Positions 1-11,676 of a stretch of DNA of 64,000 nucleotides are shown here, piece by piece (position 1 is the stretch's first letter; every line of letters starts with the position of its first letter). The DNA comes from Cenococcum geophilum (lineage: Eukaryota). The DNA lies in NCBI GenBank assembly GCA_050273025.1, contig CP158635.1, positions 19,468,001-19,532,000 of the forward strand. Direction: 5' to 3'. A program made the position numbers and the translations under genes. The notes below the pieces were generated by a model. It saw nothing but the letters and a program-made list of their open reading frames with translations. It ran no database searches and had not been told where the DNA came from.

Positions 1-960
1 GCTAGGAACCTTGCCTTATATCTCCTACTACTAGTTACCGCTGTATAGCTTGTTATAGACTTAGTAGTTGTCGGCATTATAGTCTCTTTAGTGCATATAC
101 TAGTGCATCTTTAAAGGGTTAATAGCCAATTAGAAAGGTAATTATATTTATAACATCCTAGTAAAGAATATAGTATTTCCTCTACTTAGAGCCTTTAATG
201 TTTAATTCCACCTTATACTCTAATCGGAGCTATTATTTGTCTTATATGCTAAATAGAATAGCGGTAATTAGTTCCTCCTATTAATTTGTAGATTGGAAGC
301 TAAGTAGGCTATAAAGTAGGCTAAGGCGGGTGTCTTTAAGCAGTGCGTTAATATCTCCCTTTATATAGTAAATGCGGTGCAGTTATATTAAAAAGGCGTA
401 ATTAAACTCTAAATAAAAAGGATTATATAGTATACTTTGGCTATTGTTATATTATTATATAGTAATATCTAAAATTGTCTGGTTAACTTACTATATATTA
501 TTATCGGTCTTATATAAAATTGGTTTACCCGCCTTTATATTCTTAGTTACTTTAAATATCTTTACTCTAAGTAATAATAATAATAATAGGACGCTTTTTT
601 AATATGGTATACCGCATAGAGGCACTAGGTGGGCATTCTGCTTATATTCTACCGCTACTGGAGTATACTTATTAGTATCCGTGTTTATACCGTCTAGTTA
701 TAATTGCGCGTTATTTAACTAGTTAGAGTGGTAGAATTAATCGCGAATTATAAGTAGTTGGGCCGCAATAAACGTATAAGTGTTATATCTCTCTTCGCGT
801 GTTTTTTTATAGATATATTAGTAGCTAGGCAGCCGCCTTTTGTAGCACTATAGGTGTTAGTAAAGGCTGCCGTAACTCTTAGGGGTATAAGAACACTATA
901 GACAGCTTCGCTGTATTATTGCTAATTATATATTAAATAATATAGTATTATTTCTAGGCG
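1..960 (-). pseudogene. Plavaka transposase, N-terminal part (RIP-mutated, frameshift near 80)
   Basis: Minus strand reads Y*DVINNITFLIGY*PFKDALVYALKRL/YNADNY*VYNKLYSGN***EI*GKVP. De-RIPed this is ...FLIGHxPFKDALVYAPERLYNADNxRVYNELHSGDWWWETQGKVP, the YAPER...GDWWWETQ hallmark of Plavaka transposases. 5' start uncertain. Confidence 0.8.
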
Positions 961-999
961 TAAAGAGTGCGTATTATAGTACTAACGGTTAATTGCCGG

Positions 1000-1993
1000 T
1001 ATTTAATCTAAGTGGCTTAGCTTTATGGCTGCTAAAAGTATACCTCTTATTTTTTTACTAGAACTAGTTATACTAAAGCGTAAGTATAACTAGCTTAATA
1101 CCGAGTTTAAGGACTTAAAAGTCTAAGGCAACTAAACTAGACGCTAAAGCGTAAGTGTGACTAGCTTAATACCGAGCTTAATACTAAGTTTAAGGACTTA
1201 AAAGAGTTTAAAGTAGCTAAACTGTAAACTAAAGACTTAATAGTACCTAAAAAACCTTTATCCGTCTAAATAATAATATATAGTATTCTTAGGCAATAGC
1301 TATAGGACTATAGCTACGGCGAAGATATTATTTACCACTAATATTATAGAGCCTAATAATATTAGCTATCTAGATCTGTGATTCCGTTGTTTCTATATAA
1401 GCTATAGTAAGAAAAAAGGGAGGATTAAGGGTAGTGCTAGTTGAGTTAAGATAACTAAATGAGTTAGTACTTAAAACTATAATATCTGGTCTTAGGTATA
1501 TAGAGTTCTAACTAATATTTAACTTAAGCTGCCGCCCGGAAGTCTTATATTTGTTATTAGGGTAATACTAGAGGGTTAGGCCGGATAACGGGTATCGGCA
1601 ATAATATAAATAATTTGAAGCCCGCGAAGTAACTAAATAGAAAGCCCGTGTCTTGTAGGCTAACTACTTATCTTTAACGGCTTTTAAAAGTTTATTTCTA
1701 GAATTCCTTTTAATACCTCCGGTTTCCTGTTAAATAGATATGTTAGTATAAGCCTATATACTACTAGGGTGCGGAGAGCTAAAATATAGTTAGAGCTCTT
1801 TGAATAATTTAGCAGAAAAGAATGGGTTATTTGGGTTAGTTTGTAGATTGGCTAGCTTAACCTTAATATCCTACCCCAGCTTGTGAAGATTAGGGCCATC
1901 TCTACCTAGTATACTACCGTTAATCTGTATATTGGCATCTCCCTTATTTGTAGCGGCTGAAGAAGCTTTAGGTGTCTAGTCTTTAGAAGGCAT
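1000..1993 (-). pseudogene. Degenerate ORF of unknown function (or 5' exons of the transposase)
   Basis: ATG at 1993 starts MPSKD*TPKASSAATNKGDANIQ..., a coding-like frame with RIP-type stops; ~72-bp tandem duplication at ~1070-1210. Confidence 0.3.
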
Positions 1994-2550
1994 TATAATG
2001 CGGCTTTTAAGAGAGCCTACTCCGCGCTAGGGCACTAGACGCTATATTATAGGTAGAGCTTATAGTAGTTGTATAAGGTGGGATATATTTCTAGGTAGTG
2101 TGTGTTTAGAGAAATTGAGGCCGAGGCAAGCTTAATGTAGCCGTATTTTTGAAGAGAAATTAAGGCTGAGCTAAGCTTAACGTAGTTATATTTTTAAAGA
2201 TAAAGAGGCTATGGTATTGGTTTAGGCGGCTATAGAAGTTTAAAAGATTAAGTGGACAATGGTAGGAAATAGAAGAAAAAGGCGCATAAATAAGAGTATG
2301 GTGTCATAGGGCTAGAGTAATAATAGCTATATTATGGATAGCTTAATATATAATTCGGACTACGGGACCTATATATAAATAAGTCTAGCAAATATCTTTA
2401 ATATAAGGCGTAGTAGCTATAAGTAGGATCTAGGATACTAGTTTTGGGTTGCTTGTATAGTAGACGTAACAGCTTACCTAAAAAAAAGTTGCTTTGTTAG
2501 TGATATAGCTTAAAAATAGGTTATATTTTGGGTGAAAGGGTATTCTAAAG

Positions 2551-2893
2551 CCTTATCTTGCGCTTATAGGATAAAATACCATATTATATTTCACTTTGTT
2601 TTGTATAATCTTAGACTTTTTATAATGTCTTAGATTATTCCCCTACCTCTCTTTACTATGTACTTTACCTTATCTTGCGCTTATGGGATAAAATACCATA
2701 TTATATTTTACTTTTTTTTGTATAATCTTAGACCTTTTATAATGTCTTAAATTATCCCCCTACCTCTCTCTACTATGCATTTTGCTTTACCTTATACTTG
2801 CGGAATAAAATACTATATTATATTTTACTTTTTTGTATAATCTTAGACATTTTTTAATATCTTAGATTATTTTAAACTTGTTTCCCTACCTCT
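2551..2893. repeat. Three tandem copies of a ~105-122-bp unit
   Basis: Unit starting ccttatcttgcgcttatrggataaaataccatattatattt...gtataatcttagac...ccctacctct recurs at 2551, 2668 and ~2790 (third copy more diverged). Confidence 0.9.
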
Positions 2894-3323
2894 TTAGAGC
2901 TGCTTTACTAACTAGTTATAATATAAAGAATAGAATTATCAGCTCTCTTATTGTTATTTACTTAGTTAGTAGCGCAAATCTTATATCTTATCTCGCTATG
3001 TACCTTTTGTTCCGTTTCTTACTCTAAGTCTTATATTTCGTTCTACTGCCTATATTAAAGCTTACATCTTATCCTACTTCTTATATTAAGACTTGTATTC
3101 CGTTTTATTTCTTATATCGCTCTTAAATTGCTCTTATTAGCATTCGCTATTATCTTAAGTTAATACTATTAGTATACCTTCTTATTATAACTGTTAGGAT
3201 TGTCTTATTATATTATTACTAATTATCTAATATATTATCCGCTCCACTGTCTTTGTAAGTTACTCTATACTATTCTGTATTAAGCTTTTACCTACTTATA
3301 AATATATAGGGTCCCTAACTATA

Positions 3324-6300
3324 ATGGCGGCGCCATATCTAGAATCTAGTTAGTACTTAACTACTACAACTAATAAGAACTTATCGTAAATAAGTAGTCT
3401 AAAGCTGCAGTAAGGACTTATAATTAATGAAAAAATATATAGCAAAATCCTCTAATACTGTGCTAGCGAAATTAACAAAGCGTTTAGTGGTAGGTTGCTA
3501 ATGTCTAGACCTATATAAAATGGAGTTAAGCGTATAGTCTTTAACCTTCTTGATACTAAGTATGGGCACGTGTTTAAGAGATCTAATCTACTATTAGAGT
3601 TTAAAGCTTTTACTATTACCGCTAAAAAATCTATATGGTAATACGTAACGACTAATAGACGTAGAGGCGTAGAGGTTACAATAACTAATACTATTTAAAA
3701 GCGTGGCGCCTTATCTTCTAGAGAGCAGTCTATTAACTTATCTAGATTAAGGGCAACCTCTAAGGCTGCCTAGGTGCTCGGTAATCTGTCTATTAAAGCC
3801 CTATAATAGCTAAATACTATACCTATACTATTCTATAAAATGAGCTTTACTATATATAGTTACCTAGACAAAACGCCATTTACTAGGGCCCCCATTCTAT
3901 ACGGATTTGTATTAAAAACTAAGTATAAGCATCTATTGTCCGATTCTTTAGAGAAAATTAATGTATATTACTATGGATATAATAAGCTGCAGGCCACAAT
4001 AAGTAAAAACTTCTTGGCGGATAAATATAGGGATGGCTAGACTATAGTAGATCTAACCACTAGTATACTAATTCTTAACCATATAAACCTAGCATTTATG
4101 GTGCTTTCTATAAAGAAGGTTAGACTTAATATAATTATAATTGGAGTTAAAGATTCTAATCGGATTGTAAAGCGTAAGAGACTTTATAATTTATAAGATT
4201 ATATAATATTATATAGAGTTGTCTAACGTACGTTTATAGGTATAAGATTTAATGAGGGTAATTCTAAGTCTAACTCTAACCCTAATATTGTATAACTGGT
4301 ACTAACTAAGAGAAGAATAGACATACCTGCCTTGGGTTGAAGTAGTTATAAGCAGTTAACCCTAGAGTCTACGCTACCTATACCTAAGCAGTTAAATTTA
4401 AAGCTTATGTTAACTCTAAAGTCTACGCCACCTATACCTACTAATGTATTATTAGCCGTACGGCCGGCTATAATTAAAACTGCTTATAGCTAAACCCGTA
4501 GTAGTAAAGACCAGCCCCTACTAGATAAATTGGAGCTCTTAAAAGGCGTAAATCTAGATAAAGTGTAAATATTTAAGATAATGCTATAGGATAAAATAAA
4601 AGGATAGTATAATAAATGGCTAAAGTCTAATCGCGAAATGTTTATTAATATATTATTTGAGGATATAAATAATAACCCTAACCTAATTTGTATTGGGGAA
4701 ATTAATCTTAACTATATATAGGAGCGCCACCACTTTAACGCCTTAATTAACCCTATTTTAACTAATAAGGAACCGGAAGATAAGCATAAGGATAAAATTG
4801 AGGAGGTTAATTAGGAAGTTAATCACCTAAAGGACGTATAAGAAGTATATATTAACTTAATATTATAGGTAAAGGCGCTATAGTTCCTCTTGTTTCCGTT
4901 AACTGTTTATAATACTCTTTAAGACGCAACCTTCTACTTATACGGCATAAAAAAGGGTAAAGCTATATAGATATATTAGCTGCTTAGTATTACCTATACT
5001 CTTCTTAATTATGTAACCCTAGGTGGGACCTTTCTTGTGGATATAATGGGTTTAGGTAAAATACTTTAAATGCTTTTAATCTAGTATACCAGCGTATTAA
5101 TAACTAAGATTAACCTTAACTGGCTTAATTAGAAAAATTAAAAAGGTAGAGATAAAAGTCTTTACCTTACCCCTAGTATAGATAAACACCCGCAGCCGCC
5201 TAATGCCTAATGCCTGAGTTAAATAGATGGCATGCTATAGTGCTATTGTGTTAAGGGAAGTATCGCTAGAAAATTTCTTAACCGGCTAGTAGGACTAACT
5301 ATATATATTACTAGATATAATCTACTACCCTAAGCAGTTAAAGACGTTAAATTATGGTTTAAGACCTTAGAACTAAATAATTTTATTTCTAGAGGTAAAC
5401 TATAAGTCTATATGCGCCATACGGCTTTTATTAGGTCTAGTATAAAAAAGTATAATTTTACGGATAAAGATAGGGATATTCTTAAACCTATAAAATATAA
5501 AGGAGAAGGTAAAGTGGTCTGATAGAAAATGGACCTAAGATTAGCTTTATATTTTATAATTACAACCTTATAAACTTAGGCAATAACCTAAACCGCTTAG
5601 GAATAGTATAAAACTATTTTTAATCTCTATAGAGACGGTGGTCCTTATTATATTATTAGTGGGATTTTTACTAATGAGTTCTATATAGATAGGTTAGAGA
5701 TAGGTTATCTAATAAAAATCGCCAAATAAGTGTATAATGATTAAGCAGTATTTCCTCGCTTTTAACGCCTGGGCCAGTTTTATAAGGACGGCAATAGTAA
5801 AATAACCTACTATACCTCTTAACCTTTAGTAGTGTTTACTTCTGGTATACTAACTAGCGAAGGTTTTATGAGTCTAATTCCCGCCTTAGAAATTTTTAGG
5901 GCCCCTAATTAGACGGATTCCCTAAATATAAAATTAATTAATAATTGTAATATTAAAGCGTTAATTAAATATAAAAAGCTAGGAGTAGCTAATCGCTCTT
6001 CTTTTCCAAATAAGGTTATTACGGGCTTTAAAAAATACTTCTCTTTAATTATAAAGGTCTTGATTATGCGCAGGATGGGGGAAGACCGATGGTTTAATAG
6101 GAGGGTAATTAATAAGCTACCACTGGTTGTCTACTAAGACTGCTATATAATGAACGATTTAATATTTAAACCGTATATTAAGAAGCTTTGGTATAGAGTA
6201 TCCCTAAAAGCTTTTGAACAGCTAAATAAAGCTTTTAGACACTAGAAAGCTAAAGGAAGAAAAGGAGAAGAACCTATCTTTAATATAGATTAATTTCTGG

Positions 6301-7121
6301 AGGGAGCCGGTTACTTATTAAAAAATTTTGCTATCTTTCTAGGCCTAACTAAGGTAGGAGATAAGTAGTAGGATGTGTAGTAGAAGGATAAAACAAAAGT
6401 TGGAATAAAGCTAAGGTAGATAGTTAACGAGTTCCGTAGCGAAAAATAGGATAAACCTTTGGATAAGAATCTACTTTAGAAGAATTAGAGCACGATTGCT
6501 AACTCTAGGAAACTAAATGGAATTATAAAATATATTAATAAAGTACTTAAAAGGAATCCTAATAAGAGACTACTATTTAGCAGTTACGAACTAGCGGTAT
6601 ATACGCTATTACGCCTTATAAGTTAGCTATTAAACTAGTGGTAAACTGTTACTAATAATATAATATAGTATTTCTATAAAAGGCTCGGCCAGTCTAAATA
6701 TTTAACTATTTGCTAGATAGAGTCTAGGATATCCCTAAAAGACTAGGAGGATATCTGCAAAGCGTTTTGTATTCTAATAGGCGGTTTTTACTAAAATAAT
6801 ATAGTCTAGTTTCTTATTATTAACTGAAGAGTTAAAGAAAAGGGTCTAAATTTAGTCTCTACGCATAGAGTCTATCTACTTAAACTAGTAATAATGGTAG
6901 ATATAGAGGTGCAAGTGTTTGGCTGAGCTGCTAGATCTAGACAGCTAGCGCTAGTAGTTACTGCGTTAATAATGTATAGTACGGATAAGTGGAACCCAAT
7001 TAATATAGTTATATTAGTGAGGCGTATAATAACTAAAAGGATAATAATTAATAAGTTTTATAAAGTGTTTAAAGCCTAACCTACTTAGTAGGCTAATAAT
7101 AATGTAATAAAAATAGCGTAG
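3324..7121 (+). pseudogene. SNF2/SWI2-family helicase-like ATPase (RIP-inactivated)
   Basis: One frame from ATG 3324: GGTFLVDIMGLGKIL at 5022 (motif I), IFTNEFY at ~5665 (DEFH), TSGIL (SGTP), LIMRR. After a probable intron (~6620-6670): KGLNLVSTHRVYLL...EVQVFG*AARSRQ (motifs V/VI). Confidence 0.85.
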
Positions 7122-8286
7122 CTGGTGCAGTTAGAGTAGTAACCCCCTATAATAAGAGTATGTCTTAGTATAATATATATATATATAGACAATATATAAC
7201 TATTTAATATTTTGTAATATATTATCTTAGTATTAACCACCTTATAACTAACTAAACCTTAAAAAGTTTAAATTTTGTCCGGATTAATATTACTCTAGCT
7301 ACTAACTACCTTAATACCTATTAAGTAATCTAGCCTATAACCCTACTAACTCTCGTTCCTAATATACATTAACAATTCCTATTAAGGTGTATCCTCTTTA
7401 CTAACAGACTATATATATATGCCATCTTTATTATTCTAAAAGCCTAATTAGTATATAAGAGGATTATCCTGTAACTAAAGCTCCCTTTATATCTTAAATT
7501 ATTATAAGAAGTAAGACGGCATTAGAATAAATAAACTAATATTTATAACTACCGCTTTTGTCTGCCGATTGTATAGTTGTAGCGTATATACGTAGTTGTC
7601 TGCTATAAGGGGGAACCGTTAGTGGTAGTTTTTGAGATCTTACTATCCTATGTGAAACTTTTACTACTACCTATAACGTCTTAACGACTACCAGCTCCTA
7701 CCTACACGCTATGCGACGTCTATACGAAATCCCTAACGGCGAAGAAAAGCGTACCCTAATTATTCTATTTAATCTGCCTCCTACCTTTTTTTATTAGTAT
7801 AAGATATTGAATTAACCTATAATATAATACTAACTGGAATAATTGGTAAACCTAGCTTCGCTAAACAAATGTGCTTAATTATAAGGACCGAAACCCTGTT
7901 GCTATTAAGCTTGTTATACTATAAAATGAAAGGGCTATTATTAATATTAGTACGTTTTAAAGGCACTTTATTAGCTAGCGCTAATAGATATAAGTTAATA
8001 GACTACCTACTACTTTATATTTAATAGTTTTAAGAACAATAGGGTAAAATATGCTATTATTTATTGTGCTCTTACTAACTATAATATTTAATTCATTATA
8101 GGCCAGAAATTTAACCTTAAAGATAAGTAAAAGGTAGACTTTTGGGATATGTTAGATATATTATAGACGAAACCTTTATATAACCTACCCGCATTAGAAC
8201 ACCTTAATAGCAGTACTATACTATTGGATTTTGCTATTAGGCATTAGTAACTAAGTAACCTTAAATCTTCCCCTTATTGCCCGGCC

Positions 8287-8520
8287 CTAAGCCTTATTAT
8301 ATTGCTAAGACTTATTATATTATTGAGTTTTATTGCATTGCCGCTGAGCCTTATTATGTTGCCGAGTCTTATTATATTGTTAAGTCTTATTATATTGCTA
8401 AGCCTTATTACGTCGCCGAGCCTTATTATATTATTAAGTCTTATTATATTGCTAAGTCTTATTGCATCGCCATCGAGCCTTATTACGTTATTAAGCCCTA
8501 TTATATTGCCGCTGAGCCTC
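8287..8520 (+). repeat. 18/21-bp tandem array (consensus ~gccgagccttattacatt), probably the repetitive end of a degenerate ORF starting ~7700
   Basis: About 12 units, lengths multiples of 3; explains the overlapping spurious ORFs at 8274-8541. Confidence 0.85.
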
Positions 8521-8594
8521 CTAGCTAGATTAAGCAATTAGACGTTGCGTATTTAACTCCTAGGCGTAGCGGGTTCGATTCCCACTTGTCGCGT
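8520..8594 (+). other. tRNA-like/Pol III promoter-like cassette (degenerate)
   Basis: T-arm/B-box gcgGGTTCGATTCCcac at ~8568-8585 and A-box-like tagctagattaag ~50 bp upstream; no convincing acceptor stem. Confidence 0.4.
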
Positions 8595-9433
8595 ATTAAA
8601 AATATTAAAAATATTAAAAAAGAAGGTCGTTTCTTATTAAATTAGGCGTTAGTAAGGCTTTAAATTAAGCTTATATTTTTATACGTGTCCCGCAACGCCT
8701 AAAGTTATATATTTAACGAAATCTTAGCACTATATATTAAGCATATCGGCTCTTCCATGTTAAGTTTTAATTACGTTAGGCTAGCTCTAAATCATAGCAA
8801 GAGGTAGAATGTACTATACTACTACGCTATAAGGACTTTGGAATGTGATCTTATAAATTTAACTAAATTATAACCCCTTTTTAAACCTTATGATTAAACC
8901 AGATCCTTAGGGAGAGATCCCTATATTAAATCTTAAGGAACGTTTGGTTACGACTTTAGATTAAATTTAAAGGCCGCAGAATATATCTAAGCTGAAGCTT
9001 AAATCTAATTCTAACGCAATCGTTTGGTTAATTTAGCAACTTTCTAATCTAAAAGCTCCTTTAGATTGGCAAGCGCGTTAAATTCGTAAGCTATACCGTA
9101 TATAGAATCTAAATTTATAAATATAGGGTATCTCTATTACTGTAGTGGCTACTATAGTAACGGGGGCGCTATATTTTAGTGAGTAGTTAATTTACTATGT
9201 CTCTGCTACTGCAGTAGCGAGGCACCTTAAGTTTAATACCACGCTAAGTATTATAACTTTCCTGTAGTAACTAAGCAACCCTAAACTAAAGCAATTATAG
9301 AACTTACTATGCCACTACGCCGTAAAGGCCCTTAGTTATAGTCTTATGAATTTAATTAAAATATAAACACCTTCCTAAATCTAACAATTAAATATTTCTA
9401 TATATAATACTATGCCAAGGATCACGATATAGA

Positions 9434-9544
9434 TTGCTTAGACATAGCTTTACTATAATGCAACGGCTCTATACTAATTAATTAATCTATAAGAGATTTG
9501 GGCAGTAAAATTACTGCTAAGAGTTACTATCTAGATCCTGGCCG
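9434..9544 (+). repeat. Dispersed duplicate of 47096-47151 + 47229-47283 (3' flank and last codons of the SnoaL-like gene)
   Basis: Near-identical blocks tagctttactataatgcaacggctctatactaattaattaatcta and aagagattyggg...gagttactrtcyrgatcctggccg; differences are transitions. Confidence 0.95.
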
Positions 9545-9595
9545 ACAAATACCTATAACTATAATCTTAGTAAATGGCAAAAAGTATATAGTAGT

Positions 9596-9995
9596 ACTAA
9601 GACAATAGCAGGACAATATAAGACAATAATAGGACAATATAATATAATGGCAGGACAATAACAGGACAATATAATATAATAGTAGGACAATAATAGGACA
9701 ATATAACACAATAGCAGGACAATGGCAGGACAATGTTAGGATAATATAACACAATAGTAGGGCAATAATAGGATAATATAACATAATAGCAGAACAATGT
9801 AATATAATGGCAGGACAATATGACATAATGGTAGGACAATATAACATAATGGTAGGACAATATAACATAATGGTAGGACAATATAATATAATGGCAGGAT
9901 AATGTAATATAATAGCAGGACAATATAGGACAATATAGGACAATATAATATAATGGCAGGACAATGGTAGGACAATATAAGATAATATAAAAAAA
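9596..9995. repeat. Minisatellite built on core AGGACAAT (10/11/21-bp units)
   Basis: Repeated caggacaatataacataatgg and caggacaatgg variants; source of the spurious Cys/Tyr/Ile-rich ORFs. Confidence 0.92.
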
Positions 9996-10139
9996 TAAAA
10001 TATAAGATATAAAAAGAGGGAGCCCTAACGCTTCCTCTTCTTTCTACTCCTACGGCCCTGGCGCCTAATATAGTGTAATATCGTCTATCCGTATAAGCGA
10101 TAGTATTAAGATGGTTAGAAGTATTAGGAAATTTTATAA

Positions 10140-11290
10140 AGTATATATTACTTTAAGTAATATACCTAAATAACTAGTTTAGCGCATGGTTTGTATAACA
10201 TGTGATAATAACAGGGGGATCTCCTATTGTTATATTGCTAAGTAACACCTTTAAAGCCACGTTTTTCTAGTGCCTGGAGGTCTTTAGATTATTATAAGAC
10301 GCTTTATAAGAACTCATTTTAGTATAGTAGCTTAAGATTTGTTAAGCCCTATAGTAGTTATATTTAACCAGTCTTTAAGAATATGAATATTCTTAAATAA
10401 GGAAGCATCCTTAATAGCTATAATTAAACTAAGATCCGTATAAGGCTTATTTATAACGTATTATAGTGCTTTAATATTCTGTTAAACTTAAATAAGGTAT
10501 TCTAATAACGGGAATCTATTAGTGGTTAGATATCTTCTTATTTAGAAAATATTATATACTTACGGCTCTTTTATTAGCTTTTGTAATGCTAATATAGTGT
10601 AGTAACTAACTTTATAAAATCTAGTTTATTCCTTAACCATCGTCTATAATACGGATAAGTTAATCTTAATATCTTTAGGTCTTAAAGAATAAGTTAACCT
10701 TTAAGGGATTCTGTTCTAATACGGCTAATGGTCTCGCCGCCACTATTACAAGTATATATTTTGTTTAAAAATTATTAGTCTTAGGAGTTAAAGCAACTAG
10801 AGACCTGGTGACTAGTCTTTTTAACTAATCCTAATGGATTATCTTCCCTACTCTCCTAAGTAAGAACGCCACGCAGATTACTAGCCCTTAAGGTAAAAAT
10901 ATTATTGAGCTAATATGGACCTTATAGATATTAGGGGATAACTGCTTTAGAATTATAGCATGCTTACCTATTTATATATACCGACTCTATTACTATATCT
11001 AGATTCTAGTAAACTAAAAAGGGTCTACTCTAATTTGACCTACTACCTCTTTTAACGGTTTAATCGTGTCTTCTTTTAAAAGATTGTATTAAGAGCTTAG
11101 ATACTTCTTCGTTAAGCCATATAGACCTAAGATCTTGTTGACTTGTAGTAGAATATCTCCGTTTTCGCTAATGATATTCTGGCCCTTATTAGGGATATTA
11201 AGTATTTTAGTGGAGGTCGGGACCTCTAATTGTGCTAACTAGGCTCTACTAGTTATAGGCTAACTGGGCGTCTTAAAGTATTGGTAAATA
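10140..11290 (-). pseudogene. Truncated, intron-containing fragment of an Hrr1/SAD-3-like (Upf1/ZNFX1-type SF1) RNAi helicase
   Basis: Minus strand: A*LAQLEVPTSTKIL...YLSS*YNLLKEDTIKPLKEVV...SLVALTP...IVAARPLAVLEQNP...LALQKLIKEP...GLNKS*ATILK*VLIKRLIII*RPPGTRKT/ALKVLLSNITIGDPPVIITCYTNHALN*LFRYI. GT-AG introns at 10921-10967 and 10516-10563. Similarity stops right after motif Ia. Confidence 0.85.
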
Positions 11291-11676
11291 TAGTTATTAG
11301 TACATATTAAGCTGCCTAGAAAGGATTTATATATATAGAACTATAGCACTATAGCCTAGAGGCTGTATGCGTATTATTGTATATAGTATAATATAATAAA
11401 TATATAAAAAATATATAAAAAAAAAGTATTGACGAATCCGGGTGTTAAATTAAGCTTATAGACGGAGACGTAAAAGGGATAGGAGGTTATAAGTCTAGGT
11501 GGTATAGCGGGTGAAGAAGCGTTCGCTAATACGCTTATTTATTTCTTATAAGACATTTAACTAATTATTTTATATAATAACCAAACAATATACCTGTCTA
11601 TATAATTCTATACATTAGTCTTAGCGCGTAATTAAGACGTCTTTCCTGCCGCACCTCCCCTAACGCTTCTAGAATT

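Noticed and set aside
3324..7121. SNF2 as a captured SAD-6/Rad54 meiotic-silencing gene
   Set aside because: Motif spacing and sequence look too divergent from Rad54-like proteins to support this without a phylogeny
8274..8541. Three overlapping ORFs (LRR-like or hydrophobic-looking)
   Set aside because: Products of an 18-bp tandem array in RIPed DNA; not independent genes
8520..8594. Functional tRNA gene
   Set aside because: Only the T-arm/B-box is convincing; acceptor and anticodon stems cannot be formed
9527..9975. Cys/Tyr-rich ORFs and a CRISPR-like appearance
   Set aside because: Simple minisatellite with no unique spacers, no cas genes, and eukaryotic context
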